DNA of 64,000 nt from Nitrososphaerales archaeon (GCA_030039795.1 JASHUU010000051.1:24028-88027), one strand, 5' to 3'; shown: positions 52,910-62,944, counted from the stretch's first letter. Notes: a model not told the origin generated them from the letters alone. Numbers and translations are program-made.

Positions 52910-53560
52910 CTATTCCTTCTCTAGGATCTCTACGGTCCGGGAACTCCCTACGAGCCGCTTGAACCTCTCAGCGTCCGCCCTGCTCCCCACTATCGACTCG
53001 ATGTGCATCGGCACGACGACCTTAGCCTTCATCGTCTTCGCGGCGTCAGCTGCTTCTTCGGCCGTCATCACGTAGGTCCCGGAGACCGGCAGCAATGCGA
53101 CGTCCACCTCAACGGCCTTCATCTCCGGGGTCGCGTCGCTGTCGCCCGCGTGATAGAACCTCTTCCCATCCAAGGTGACTATGTACCCCACCCTGCCTTC
53201 TTCCTTCGGATGAAAGACCTTGCCTGGCTCCGAGAACTTGTTGACGTTGTACGCGGGGATCGCCTCGATTGTCACGCCCTTGAGCTCAAGCCTGGAGCCG
53301 GGTGTGACGAACCTCTTCTCCTGGCCGAACCTTCTGAGTGGTGCCTCGCAGATCCTCGGCGCCACGAGCGTGGTCGCCGGACCGGCGAACTTCTTGATGT
53401 CCTCTTCGCTGAGATGGTCGAAGTGCTCATGTGATATGAGGAGGACGTCCGCCGTGTAGCCGCCTTTCGCCTTGAACGGGTCTATGACGACCGTCTTGGA
53501 CCCCTTCAATACGAAGGAGTCGTGACCCAGCCAGTGGACCTCGACGCCCCCGAACCTCAA
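52910..53560 (-). CDS. MBL-fold metal-dependent hydrolase (UPF0173-like)
   Basis: Contains LGHDSFVL, LISHEHFDH and YHAGDSD. Confidence 0.8.
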   Translation of the reverse strand: MRFGGVEVHWLGHDSFVLKGSKTVVIDPFKAKGGYTADVLLISHEHFDHLSEEDIKKFAGPATTLVAPRICEAPLRRFGQEKRFVTPGSRLELKGVTIEAIPAYNVNKFSEPGKVFHPKEEGRVGYIVTLDGKRFYHAGDSDATPEMKAVEVDVALLPVSGTYVMTAEEAADAAKTMKAKVVVPMHIESIVGSRADAERFKRLVGSSRTVEILEKE

Positions 53561-53571
53561 GCTCGACTCCT

Positions 53572-54171
53572 CTAGAGGCTGATTCCTTCCTCTTTGATGC
53601 CCGAGCTGTCTATCTTCAGGATGTCTATCCCGTTCCCGCTCATCGCGTCCCTTTCGATGGCAGCCTTCACGGCGGACACGAGGAGGTCGCTCGCCTCCTT
53701 CTGGCTCATGCCAGGACTGTATCCTGCCTCCACGACGCCTATCGCCGTCTCCTCGCCAGTTCCGACGGTCGCATACTGGTCGGAGATGACGCTTCCGAGG
53801 GGGTCCAGCACGTAGACCACCGGCTTGGCCCCCACCCCGCCCAAGATGACCTGGGTGAGCAGGGGAGCGTATCTGTTCTGGAACATGAGGTTCGACATCA
53901 GCTTCGCCACCGAGTTGGGACGAAGCGCCTTCCTCGACTCCAGCTCCTTCAGCTTAGAGTATACCGCGACCTCCTTTACGAGGTTCTGCATGTCCGCTAC
54001 CATCCCTGCGCACACCGCGCCGACGCTTTCGGTGACCTTGAAGACCTTCTTCCCGGACTTGCTCCTCACGAAGCTGCCCAACGTGATCCTTCTCTCCGCC
54101 CCGAGGACCACGCCGTCCTTGTACGCGATCCCTACCGCGGTAGCACCCGGGAGGTACTGCTCATATGACAA
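53572..54171 (-). CDS. Proteasome beta-type subunit paralog with Thr1 replaced by Ala
   Basis: LPG|ATAVGIAYKDGVVLGAERR reads ATA where active subunits read G|TTTVG. The rest of the beta fold is conserved (KKVFKV, ATVGTGEE). Confidence 0.85.
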   Translation of the reverse strand: MSYEQYLPGATAVGIAYKDGVVLGAERRITLGSFVRSKSGKKVFKVTESVGAVCAGMVADMQNLVKEVAVYSKLKELESRKALRPNSVAKLMSNLMFQNRYAPLLTQVILGGVGAKPVVYVLDPLGSVISDQYATVGTGEETAIGVVEAGYSPGMSQKEASDLLVSAVKAAIERDAMSGNGIDILKIDSSGIKEEGISL

Positions 54172-54249
54172 TGCGTTTCTTGCATGCCGACCAGCGTCGT
54201 CCTTTTAGACATTGTGCCGGCTGACCCTGTCCAACCGCGACTCGGAACT

Positions 54250-55314
54250 CTAGCGGGGCGCACTGTCTCCGGCCTTCGGCTCACCCTCGGGGAGGACCGA
54301 CACCGCCCAGCCGTCGGCGTCCTTTCTCGTCTCGAACCTGCACCCGGTGAAAGCCCTCGCCAGCGCTACGCCCGTCTCCAAGTGGGGCGAGACGCTCGAA
54401 ATCCTCACCGCCGAGGGTCCAGAGGCCAGAGACAAGAGTGGGATCACCATGTCAGCCGCGTTTGAGTCCAACCGAGCACCGGTCTTCACGTCCTTCACCA
54501 GCTTGCTGGCCGCGGTGGTCCCTACGTCCTCCGAAGGCCTGCCCCTAGCGCCCAGGGCGTCTGCGCCGAGGAAGGACCCGCCTCCGACGCGGCATGCCAA
54601 GATGGACGACCCGGGGGACTCGGCGTCCTCCGATGTTACTTTCGTCCTCTCCGGCCGGAGGCCTGCTTCCTCCAGCACGCAGACAGCCGCGGTCAGCTGC
54701 CGCTCGGCCACGTGACTGGGGAGTCGCGCGCACCTGCTGACCACTGAGACCTCCCCGCCCGCCGCGCCCGTGGGATTCAACGGCTTCAGAGAGTCGCAGC
54801 TCTCCACCGACGCCGTCACCCTGCCCCCGCCCTTGGGGTAGTAGCCCCTCCTGGCGGCCGAGGCCTCGAACGTCATCCCGACGGCCTTGAACGCCTCCCT
54901 CACCACGGTTTCAAAGTAGTCGAAGGTAGGGCTCCATGGCACGTCAGTCCCGCCCCTCAGTTCTAGCGACAGGCTCGCGCGCGACAAGGCGGCTGCAGGA
55001 ACGACTGCCTGAAGCACGAGGGTTATGCTGGCCGCCGTCCCCATGTCTATTGACAGCTCTCTTAGGCCGGGCTTGCCGGGGGCGAACGAGACCTCCGACG
55101 ACCCCTCGGTGGCGCCCCCCAGGTCCGCACCGAAGACCTTCGCGAGCACCTGCAGCGTGGACACGTGCTGTCTCATCAGGCCTGGAGTCCGCCTGCCCGC
55201 CCTGATGTTGAACACCTTGACGGGCCTTTGCTGGATGACGGAGAACGTCGTGGCCAGCCTGAGTACCTGGCCGCCCCCCTCGCCCATCGCTCCGTCTATC
55301 TTCAGGTACTCCAC
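54250..55314 (-). CDS. rtcA: RNA 3'-terminal phosphate cyclase
   Basis: Contains DGAMGEGGGQVLRLATTFS and RAGRRTPGLMRQHV. Confidence 0.9.
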   Translation of the reverse strand: MEYLKIDGAMGEGGGQVLRLATTFSVIQQRPVKVFNIRAGRRTPGLMRQHVSTLQVLAKVFGADLGGATEGSSEVSFAPGKPGLRELSIDMGTAASITLVLQAVVPAAALSRASLSLELRGGTDVPWSPTFDYFETVVREAFKAVGMTFEASAARRGYYPKGGGRVTASVESCDSLKPLNPTGAAGGEVSVVSRCARLPSHVAERQLTAAVCVLEEAGLRPERTKVTSEDAESPGSSILACRVGGGSFLGADALGARGRPSEDVGTTAASKLVKDVKTGARLDSNAADMVIPLLSLASGPSAVRISSVSPHLETGVALARAFTGCRFETRKDADGWAVSVLPEGEPKAGDSAPR

Positions 55315-55385
55315 GCGCTTCGCTGAGACGGAGGCGCCCGCGCCTTCTTAAATAGCCCACATGGCGGCTGAAAACTGAGCGCTTC

Positions 55386-55922
55386 ATGAGAACGGGCCTG
55401 TACGTGGGCCGATTCCAGCCGTTCCACCTTGGCCATCTGGAGGCTGTGAGATACGCGCTGAAGCATGTGGGCTACCTTTACGTGGTGGTGGGGAGCGCGC
55501 AGAAGAGCCACGAGAGGGACAACCCGTTTACGGCGGCCGAGAGAATCACGATGATCAAGGAGGCGCTCGACGGGAACGGGGTCGACCCTTCGAAGTGGAT
55601 GGCCATCCCGATCCAGGACGCCGACTCCCACTCGCTCTGGGTCGCTTCGGTGGAGTCGATGGTCCCAAGGTTTGACGTCGTCTTCACGAACGACTCCCTC
55701 ACCTACCTGCTCTTCGACGAGGAAGGGATGGAGGTGAGAGCCGTCCCGTTCCTCGACAGGAGCAGATACACGGCCACGAACGTCAGGGACAGGATACTCG
55801 AGAGGAAGGACTGGGAGAGCCTGGTCCCGCCGCAGGTCGCCAAGCTCGTGGTGCGGTTCGGAGGGGTGGAAAGAGTGAGGGCGCTTATGAAGAAGGACAT
55901 TCAGGGGCGCAAGCATGGATAA
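55386..55922 (+). CDS. nadM: Nicotinamide-nucleotide adenylyltransferase (archaeal type)
   Basis: Contains GLYVGRFQPFHLGHL and NPFTAAERITMI. Confidence 0.85.
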   Translation: MRTGLYVGRFQPFHLGHLEAVRYALKHVGYLYVVVGSAQKSHERDNPFTAAERITMIKEALDGNGVDPSKWMAIPIQDADSHSLWVASVESMVPRFDVVFTNDSLTYLLFDEEGMEVRAVPFLDRSRYTATNVRDRILERKDWESLVPPQVAKLVVRFGGVERVRALMKKDIQGRKHG

Positions 55923-57036
55923 GAGTCAGAAGCTGATAATGCTGCCCGGTCCGACGAACGTGTCGGAGAGGGTCATGCAGGCCATGCTGGGCCCCATAAT
56001 CAACCACAGAGGAGACTCGTTCAGGGAGCTCTACAAGGGCGTCCTCGACAAGACGCGCCGGTTCTTCCAGACGCAGGGAGACGTCGTGGTCTTCACTTCG
56101 TCCGGCACCGGCGGCGTGGAGGCCGCTGTCCTCAACGTGATAAGGCCCGGAGACGTCGCGGTGATCCCGGTCTTCGGGGAGTTCAGCGGCAGGCTCGCCG
56201 AGACGGTCGAGCTCGCGGGCGGGAAGGCGGTCCTCGTCGAGTCCCCGCCAGGGACGGCCCCGACAATCGAGGCGCTCAGGGCGGCCATGGAGAAGCAGAG
56301 GACCTTCAAGGCGCTGTTCCTGGTCCACAACGAGACGAGCACAGGCGTGGCGGCTCCCTACGTAGAGGAGGCGACCAGAATGGCCCACGAACATGGGGCC
56401 CTCGCGGTCATCGACGCGATCTCCAGCCTCGGCGGCTACGCGATCCCGGTCGACAAGTGGGGCGTCGACATGTGCATCACCGGCAGCCAGAAGTGCATCG
56501 CGGCCCCGCCCGGCCTGGCGCTTATGTCGGTCGGGAAGGGAGTGGTCGAGTTCCTCAGGAAGTCTCCGCCGAAGACAAGGTACTTCGAGATCCCCCGGTA
56601 TCTCGAGTACGGCGCGAAAGGAGAGACACCATTCACACCCGCCTTGCCTCTGTTCTACGCCCTCGACGAAGCCCTGAACGAACTCTTGGAGGAGGGGCTC
56701 GCGAGGAGGGTCGAGAGGCACGACGAGATGTCGGTGCTGCTGTACGACGGGCTGGCCAAGGCAGGCCTCAAGCCCGTGGCCGAGAAGGCAGTCAGGTCGA
56801 AGACGGTCGTCGCTTCATACTATCCGCCTGGGGTGGAAGATGCCGGGTTCAGGAAGGCGCTCGCGCGCGAGAAGGGCGTCGTGATAGCAGGAGGATTCGG
56901 ACCGTTCGCCGGCAAGGTATGCAGAGTCGGGTGCATGGGCCAGATCAACCGGTCGTACGTCGAAAGGACCCTGACGGCGATCAGCGAGATGTTGTCGTCT
57001 TCTCTCAACGCGCCAAAGCCTATAAACCCAAGCTGA
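55915..57036 (+). CDS. Class V aminotransferase (serine/alanine-glyoxylate or phosphoserine aminotransferase-like)
   Basis: Contains MLPGPTNV, VHNETSTGV and TGSQKCIAAPPG (PLP lysine). Confidence 0.85.
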   Translation: MDKSQKLIMLPGPTNVSERVMQAMLGPIINHRGDSFRELYKGVLDKTRRFFQTQGDVVVFTSSGTGGVEAAVLNVIRPGDVAVIPVFGEFSGRLAETVELAGGKAVLVESPPGTAPTIEALRAAMEKQRTFKALFLVHNETSTGVAAPYVEEATRMAHEHGALAVIDAISSLGGYAIPVDKWGVDMCITGSQKCIAAPPGLALMSVGKGVVEFLRKSPPKTRYFEIPRYLEYGAKGETPFTPALPLFYALDEALNELLEEGLARRVERHDEMSVLLYDGLAKAGLKPVAEKAVRSKTVVASYYPPGVEDAGFRKALAREKGVVIAGGFGPFAGKVCRVGCMGQINRSYVERTLTAISEMLSSSLNAPKPINPS

Positions 57037-57052
57037 AGTCCGGTCAACTCCA

Positions 57053-57919
57053 ATGCCACTTGAGAAGGGCGCCCTGATATTCGCCAACTACACGGCCGTC
57101 GTCAAGGACACGGGAGAAGGCATCGACACCACCTTGGAGGACGAGGCGAAGAAGCTCAACATCTATGAGTCGTCGAGGAGGTACGAGCCCAGGCTCGTGG
57201 CGGTGGGCGAGGGATGGCTGATCTCCGGCCTGGACGCAGAGGTCCTGAAGATGGGCGTCGGAGACAAGAAGCAGATCGACGTCCCTCCTGAGAGGGCTTA
57301 CGGCCTACGAGACCCGACGCAGGTCAGGAGCGTCCCCCTCCGCAAGTTTGGGGAGCGCGAGCACGAGCTATCGGTGGGCGATCAGGTGGAGGTGGACAAC
57401 CGCGTGGGCAACGTGCGGTTCATCGGGTCGGGGAGGGCTCAGGTGGACTTCAACCACAGGCTCGCCGGAAAGGTGATCACCTACGACTTCAATGTGCTAC
57501 GGTCGCTCGACGCCGACCAGGACAAGATAAGGGCCCTGATAGACAGGAGGTTCGCAGGCGAGGGCGGGAAGGTCACGTTCGACGTCTCCGACGGCGGAGA
57601 GATGACAGTGACGCTGCCCGAAGACCTCTTCCTGGTGGAAGGGCTGCAGATAATCAAGAGGGGAATCTCGAGCGACGTCTTCAAGTTCGTCCCGAGCGTG
57701 GCCACGCTCACCTTCCTAGAGAAGTTCAAGAACGAGAAGGCAGTTCAGAAGAAGGAAGAGGTGAAGGCTCAGCCCGTCCTGTCCTCCGCTGAGGCCGGGC
57801 CCGAGAAGCCGAAGCGGAAGAGGGCGCCCAAGAAGGCAGCGGGAACAGCGGCGGCGACGGACAAAGAGAAGCCCAAGCCACGCCAGAAGAAGGCCGCGGC
57901 CCAGGCCCAGACCGCCTAG
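57053..57919 (+). CDS. Long-type FKBP peptidyl-prolyl isomerase with an IF insert and a basic low-complexity tail
   Basis: Contains VAVGEGWLISGLDAEVLKMGVGDKK and VDFNHRLAGK. The C-terminal roughly 55 aa are rich in K/A/P/Q. Confidence 0.85.
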   Translation: MPLEKGALIFANYTAVVKDTGEGIDTTLEDEAKKLNIYESSRRYEPRLVAVGEGWLISGLDAEVLKMGVGDKKQIDVPPERAYGLRDPTQVRSVPLRKFGEREHELSVGDQVEVDNRVGNVRFIGSGRAQVDFNHRLAGKVITYDFNVLRSLDADQDKIRALIDRRFAGEGGKVTFDVSDGGEMTVTLPEDLFLVEGLQIIKRGISSDVFKFVPSVATLTFLEKFKNEKAVQKKEEVKAQPVLSSAEAGPEKPKRKRAPKKAAGTAAATDKEKPKPRQKKAAAQAQTA

Positions 57920-58935
57920 ATCACGCCAGTCGAACTGGCGAGGTCGGCGGCTGCCCTCTTCGTCAGCCTCCTGCGAGAGAGTATGGTGTAGCGGTCTGGC
58001 CTTATGGAGCTCGCCTTCACGAGCGACTCGACCACCTGGGAGTCGGCGAGGCCGACCTCCCCGGCCGAGACCGGGGCCCCGACGCTCCTGAGCGCGGCTC
58101 TGACCTTCCTCCAGTCTATCCTGTGGAGCTTCGCCATCATTATCGTGCCGAGACCGCACTTCTCCCCGTGCAGCCCCGACTCGGGCGCGATCATGTCGAG
58201 GTAGTGGCTGAAGAGGTGCTCCGACCCGCTGCAGGGCCTGGAGCTTCCCGCTATGCCCGCCGCGACGCCGGTGCTGATCAGGGCCTCCACGAGGTCGCGC
58301 ACGGCGTCCTTTCCGAACTCGCCTATCCTCCTCGACCCCTTCAGCACGACGTCCGCGCTCATGAGCGCCAGGCTGGCCGAGTAGCTGCCGTAGTACTCCC
58401 CGGTCACGCGGCTCGCCAGCTGCCAGTCCTTCACAGCCGTCAGCTTCGAGACCAAGTCACCGCACCCTGCAGCGAGGAGCCTTTTCGGAGCCGAGGCTAT
58501 GACGTCGATGTCCGCCAGGATCCCCAGCGGGGGCTTCGCCATTATCGAGTAGGGCCTGTCGAGCCCCTTCAGCGAGGCGAACGGGCTGGATATTCCGTCG
58601 TGCGACGCGCTCGTGGGCACCGAGTAGAACGGGAGGCGGCGCCTGAACGCGGCGAGCTTCCCTACGTCGACGCTCTTCCCTCCCCCTATCCCCACGATGC
58701 ATGCCGAGCCAGCCGTCTTCCCCGCGACTCGCTCGACGTTCTCCATGTCTGCGGCCGTGACCTCAACCCACTCCACCCTGTCTCCGAGCGCGGACTCCAC
58801 GGCTTTGCTGACCCTCGTCTGGACGTTAGACCCAGACGCCACCACGACCTTCCCCGGTCCGGCCGAGTCTTCTATGAACTCGCCCAGCTTGGAGATGACC
58901 CCGTCGCCGATGAGGACCTTGGTGGGCAGCTCCAT
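57916..58935 (-). CDS. egsA: sn-Glycerol-1-phosphate dehydrogenase
   Basis: Fe-ADH-fold motifs are IGGGKSVDVGK, PTSASHDG and GSEHLFSH. The start was set at MELPTKVLIG. Confidence 0.85.
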   Translation of the reverse strand: MELPTKVLIGDGVISKLGEFIEDSAGPGKVVVASGSNVQTRVSKAVESALGDRVEWVEVTAADMENVERVAGKTAGSACIVGIGGGKSVDVGKLAAFRRRLPFYSVPTSASHDGISSPFASLKGLDRPYSIMAKPPLGILADIDVIASAPKRLLAAGCGDLVSKLTAVKDWQLASRVTGEYYGSYSASLALMSADVVLKGSRRIGEFGKDAVRDLVEALISTGVAAGIAGSSRPCSGSEHLFSHYLDMIAPESGLHGEKCGLGTIMMAKLHRIDWRKVRAALRSVGAPVSAGEVGLADSQVVESLVKASSIRPDRYTILSRRRLTKRAAADLASSTGVI

Positions 58936-59180
58936 TAGGTGGAAGCGGGAGGCCACGTTTCGGCGAGGCCCGGAATCTCGATATAAGCGCGACGCGACCA
59001 CGAAGTACTCCAGGCTTGCCCGGAAGGAGGTCGGTGAGTGACGGCGACTAGAGGGAGAGAACTGGGGGCCAGCCTGTCTAACGGGTGAATCCCCATCGAG
59101 CCGGCAGAGTCCATGAAACGGATAATATTATAAAGGGACATCGCCGCTCGCCCCATTGTTCTTCTGGAAGGTTTTGACCG

Positions 59181-59852
59181 ATGTCGAGTGAACTAAAGCA
59201 AGGGCAGGGACGGACACTAGGCACCGCGGTGTACCATGGCACCACGACCGTAGGCCTCGTCTGCTCCGACGGGGTCGTGCTGGCGACGGACACCAGGGTC
59301 ACGGCTGGGGGCTTCATAGCCCACAGGAGGGGGAAGAAGCTTGTTCGCATCGACGACAACATAGCCATGACGATATCGGGCGGGGTCGCCGACGCGATGA
59401 ACGTGGTGGACGTCCTGAAGTACTACGTCAACCTCTACAGGATCGAGAAGGGGAGGCCCATGCCGGTGAAGGTCGCCTCCCAAGTCGTCTCCAACGTGCT
59501 CTTCTCCAACAGGCTCTACCCGCTGATAGCGGACGTGCTCGTAGGCGGCGTCGACCAGACCGGAGGCTCGATGTACAACGTAGATTTCTTCGGGTCCATC
59601 AACCAGGAAAAGATGCTCGCCACGGGCAGCGGCTCCCCGGTGGCGTATGGCGTGCTCGAGAACGAATTCAAGGAGGGGATGCCTGCAGCTAAGGTGTACC
59701 CCCTGGCGGCGAAGGCGATAATCGCGGCCATGAGGAGGAACGTCGCCACCGGCGACCACTTCGACGTCGCCGTGATAGACAAGGCTGGGTTCCGGGAGAT
59801 ACCCGAGCAGGAGAAGGACGGGCTGCTGGCCCAGTTCAAGACTGAAAATTAG
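59181..59852 (+). CDS. psmB: Proteasome beta subunit (active type, with propeptide)
   Basis: Contains ...VYHG|TTTVGLVCSDGVVLATDTR, KKLVRI and ATGSGSP. A TATA-like ATATTATAAAGG lies about 45 nt upstream. Confidence 0.9.
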   Translation: MSSELKQGQGRTLGTAVYHGTTTVGLVCSDGVVLATDTRVTAGGFIAHRRGKKLVRIDDNIAMTISGGVADAMNVVDVLKYYVNLYRIEKGRPMPVKVASQVVSNVLFSNRLYPLIADVLVGGVDQTGGSMYNVDFFGSINQEKMLATGSGSPVAYGVLENEFKEGMPAAKVYPLAAKAIIAAMRRNVATGDHFDVAVIDKAGFREIPEQEKDGLLAQFKTEN

Positions 59853-59884
59853 GATTGGAACAGAGAACAAACGGCGCGAGCCTG

Positions 59885-61768
59885 ATGAGCGCGATACTGA
59901 CCAATATCCCAGCGGAAGCTCAGATCACGCGCATCGAGTACGAGGGCCCTAGGATAGCCCTCTACACGAGGAACCCGGCGTACCTGCACAAGAACAGCTA
60001 CGTCATCTCGGAGATAGTCAACACGCTGAAGAAGAGGGTGGTCACCAGGACGGAGAAGGCCATCAGGAAGCCGGAGGCCGAGGCCAAGCAGGCGCTGCTG
60101 AAGGGGCTGCCCCCCCAGGCCGAAGCTTCCAACTTCTTCTTCGACGACGCGCTGGGCGAGATAACCATCGAGGCGGGCAACCCCGCGGTCCTCTCGCAGG
60201 AGGCCGGCTTCGACCTCGGGGCCCTCATGGAGCAGACCGGTTGGAAGGTCAAGGTGCGGAAGGCGCCTCACATCAAGTCGACCGCCATCGAGAACATGTA
60301 CTTCGCGCTGAAGGCCGGGAGCGACATCAGAGAGAAGTTCTACAGGGAGCTGGGGGAGGCGATATTCAGGCCCAGGATGGCCGCTGAGGAGCACGTCACG
60401 ATAAAGACGCTGGGCTCCTTTCAGGAGGTCGGAAGGTCGAGCATCCTAGTGGAGACCGCCGAGAGCAAGGTCCTCCTCGACTGTGGCATCCACCCCGGTT
60501 CGAGGAACGCGTGGGACGCCTATCCGAGGCTGGACTGGGCCGACGTGTCACCGAAGGACATCGACGCGATAGTCATCTCGCACTCGCACCTGGACCACAT
60601 GGGCTTCCTCCCCGCCATGTACAAGTACGGCTACGACGGGCCCGTGTACTGCACGGAGCCGACTCTCCCCCTCATGGCGCTGCTCCAGAACGACTTCGTC
60701 AAGATAGCCCAGATAGAGGGAGGGCGCCTGATCTACGAGCAGAAGGACATCAGGGACATGATACAGCACGCGATCACGCTGCCCTACGGGATGGTCACGG
60801 ACATCTCTCCCGACATCAAGCTAGTGTTCAACAACGCCGGGCACATCCTGGGGTCCGCCACCGTCCACCTCCACATCGGCGAGGGGGCCCACAACATAGT
60901 CTACACCGGGGACTACAAGTACGGGAGGACCCAGCTCTTCGACTCCGCCACCTGGAACTACCCGAGGGTGGAGACGCTGATCACCGAGAGCACCTACGGC
61001 GCGAAGGAGGACATCATGCCCGTCAGGGAGGAGGTCGAGATGAACTTCGTCAACGCGATCAACGGCACCCTGAGGGCCGGAGGGAAGGTGCTCATCCCGA
61101 CGCCCGCGGTCGGCCGCGCCCAGGAGATCCTGCTCGTCATAGACCAGTACATGAGGAACAAGGTCCTGGTGGAGGCCCCGGTCTTCATGGAGGGGATGAT
61201 CTCGGAGGCCACCGCGATCCACGTCTCCTACGCGGACTATCTCTCCAGGGAGCTGAGGGCCAAGATAATCAACGAGGGAGTCAATCCCTTCAAGTCGGAG
61301 TACTTCACAGAGGTGGAGCACCCCACCGACAGGGAGGAGGCGTACAGGGAGGGGCCGGCGATAATCATGGCGACATCGGGCATGCTCGAGGGCGGCCCGG
61401 TCCTGGACTACTTCGAGAACATCGCCCCCTCGGACAGGAACAAGATACTGTTCGTGTCGTATCAGGTCCAGGGGACCATCGGCCGCAGGGTCCTCGACGG
61501 CGGCAGCCAGGCCAGCCTGATGGACCAGAACGGGAAGATCAAGATCGTCGACGTCAGGTGCGGCGTCCAGAAGATAGAAGGGTTCTCAGGGCACAGCGAC
61601 TACAACCAGATCATCAGGTTCGTGGGCAAGGTGAGGCCCAAGCTCCAGCTCGTCCTGGTCAACCACGGGGAGAAGCGCAAGACGGAGAACTTAGCCTACT
61701 CGATACAGAGGATCTACAGGGTCCCTGCGATCCACCCGGCCGTCCAAGAAGCTATCCGGGTATACTAG
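59885..61768 (+). CDS. aCPSF1/FttA-type KH plus MBL plus beta-CASP ribonuclease
   Basis: N-terminal KH repeats (ITRIEYEGPRIALYT) are followed by ISHSHLDHMG, GDYKYG and the C-terminal GFSGHSD. The position next to psmB is the typical one. Confidence 0.9.
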   Translation: MSAILTNIPAEAQITRIEYEGPRIALYTRNPAYLHKNSYVISEIVNTLKKRVVTRTEKAIRKPEAEAKQALLKGLPPQAEASNFFFDDALGEITIEAGNPAVLSQEAGFDLGALMEQTGWKVKVRKAPHIKSTAIENMYFALKAGSDIREKFYRELGEAIFRPRMAAEEHVTIKTLGSFQEVGRSSILVETAESKVLLDCGIHPGSRNAWDAYPRLDWADVSPKDIDAIVISHSHLDHMGFLPAMYKYGYDGPVYCTEPTLPLMALLQNDFVKIAQIEGGRLIYEQKDIRDMIQHAITLPYGMVTDISPDIKLVFNNAGHILGSATVHLHIGEGAHNIVYTGDYKYGRTQLFDSATWNYPRVETLITESTYGAKEDIMPVREEVEMNFVNAINGTLRAGGKVLIPTPAVGRAQEILLVIDQYMRNKVLVEAPVFMEGMISEATAIHVSYADYLSRELRAKIINEGVNPFKSEYFTEVEHPTDREEAYREGPAIIMATSGMLEGGPVLDYFENIAPSDRNKILFVSYQVQGTIGRRVLDGGSQASLMDQNGKIKIVDVRCGVQKIEGFSGHSDYNQIIRFVGKVRPKLQLVLVNHGEKRKTENLAYSIQRIYRVPAIHPAVQEAIRVY

Positions 61769-61845
61769 AGGACCGAGTCGTCCGAAGAGCACGCCTGCAT
61801 ACGGCAGGGACTTGCCATCTAGGTCGGACTGGTCCGCGACTCGGC

Positions 61846-62142
61846 CTATTGTAGGCCGCGCCAGATCTTCACGCCTGGGGGCGTTATCACGACGCGCTCG
61901 TCGCCCAGCCTCGCGATGTCGCCGCCCACCGAGGTCGCGAACTCGTAGAGCTGCTCCACCGACGACTTCAGCTCGTCAAGGCTCTTCTGCGCCAGAGGCG
62001 TGACCTTTAGGATGACTATCGTCTTGTTCGTGACGTCCTCCTGGATCTTTGGGATGTCCTCTATGCTGCGGAGGGATGTGGCCTTCAGCAGGATCTCCTT
62101 GTTCTTCCCCTGCAGCTTGCCCTCTTGGATTACGTCAGACAA
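61846..62142 (-). CDS. sepF: SepF-like cell-division protein
   Basis: A 98-aa ORF containing LRSIEDIPKIQEDVTNKTIVILKVTPL and GGDIARLGDERVVITPPGVKI, with a TTG start. Confidence 0.75.
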   Translation of the reverse strand: MSDVIQEGKLQGKNKEILLKATSLRSIEDIPKIQEDVTNKTIVILKVTPLAQKSLDELKSSVEQLYEFATSVGGDIARLGDERVVITPPGVKIWRGLQ

Positions 62143-62400
62143 CTCTTGCTTTTCTCCTTGACCTCAAACCCATTATTAAGCGTAGACCGGCCGGCGCAGT
62201 TCTATCACAGTTGCTAATTTGTTAGACCAACTTGTAGAGTTATCTTGAGAAATGATAGAATCCGTGCTCAGAATATAAGGAGAGGGCTCGCCGAAACTGT
62301 TCTGCAGCAGTAGGTTGGGCGCGCGCCCCGCCAAGTTCGACGAGCGTCAGCCGCTCGCCGAGAGCGTCCCTGCAACGGTCGCGGGCGGCCATGTCGCAGG

Positions 62401-62880
62401 TCAGAGGCTCTTGTGGAGGTTCCAGTATCTGTCCCCGAGGTGATGGAGGTTCTTCAGGCAGATGCCCTTCGCCATCCCCTTCGCCTCCGCGCTCGTGACC
62501 GCCGCCGACCCGACTGTTATCGGCCTTCCCTTCGTCTCTTCCTTCACCACCACGAGCCTGCCGGCTTCGCCCCAGTCGTCGAGCGCCCGGATCCCCGGCC
62601 TCATGACGTCGGCGCCGTTGAGCAGGAACTTTATCGCACCTTCGTCGACCGTGGCGGTGGGAAACTTCCCCAGCGTGGTCTGCGACCCGAGGAAGGGGAC
62701 GAACGACTCCCCCGTCCGGACGAACTCGAAGCCGTCGAGGGCGGCGAACACGACCCCGTCCTCGGGCTCGGCACAGCTCACCTGCGCCGACTTCGGCAGG
62801 TCGAGCGAGACCTTCAAGGAAGACTCGATCTTCCCTATCATCTCCGCGGAGTCGCGTCTGGAGAGGACCCAGCGCCTCAA
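62401..62880 (-). CDS. PUA-domain RNA-binding protein (MCT-1/Tma20-like)
   Basis: Contains VDEGAIKFLLNGADVMRPGI and VVVKEETKGRPITVGSA. A TTG start (MRRWVLSRRD) was chosen so that the ORF stays clear of the Sm gene. Confidence 0.7.
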   Translation of the reverse strand: MRRWVLSRRDSAEMIGKIESSLKVSLDLPKSAQVSCAEPEDGVVFAALDGFEFVRTGESFVPFLGSQTTLGKFPTATVDEGAIKFLLNGADVMRPGIRALDDWGEAGRLVVVKEETKGRPITVGSAAVTSAEAKGMAKGICLKNLHHLGDRYWNLHKSL

Positions 62881-62944
62881 CTTGGCGCCGGGCGGATGAT
62901 TGCTTAAATAAATCCGTTCGGAACCGGGACGTGAAGGGATTCCG

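Noticed and set aside
62143-62400. Possible C/D-box sRNA or other ncRNA in the A/T-richer spacer between sepF and the PUA gene (AUGAUAG and GUGAUAG box-like strings, small hairpins)
   Set aside because: The box sequences each deviate from RUGAUGA, no correctly spaced CUGA D box was found, and the hairpins are only 4 bp. The evidence is insufficient.
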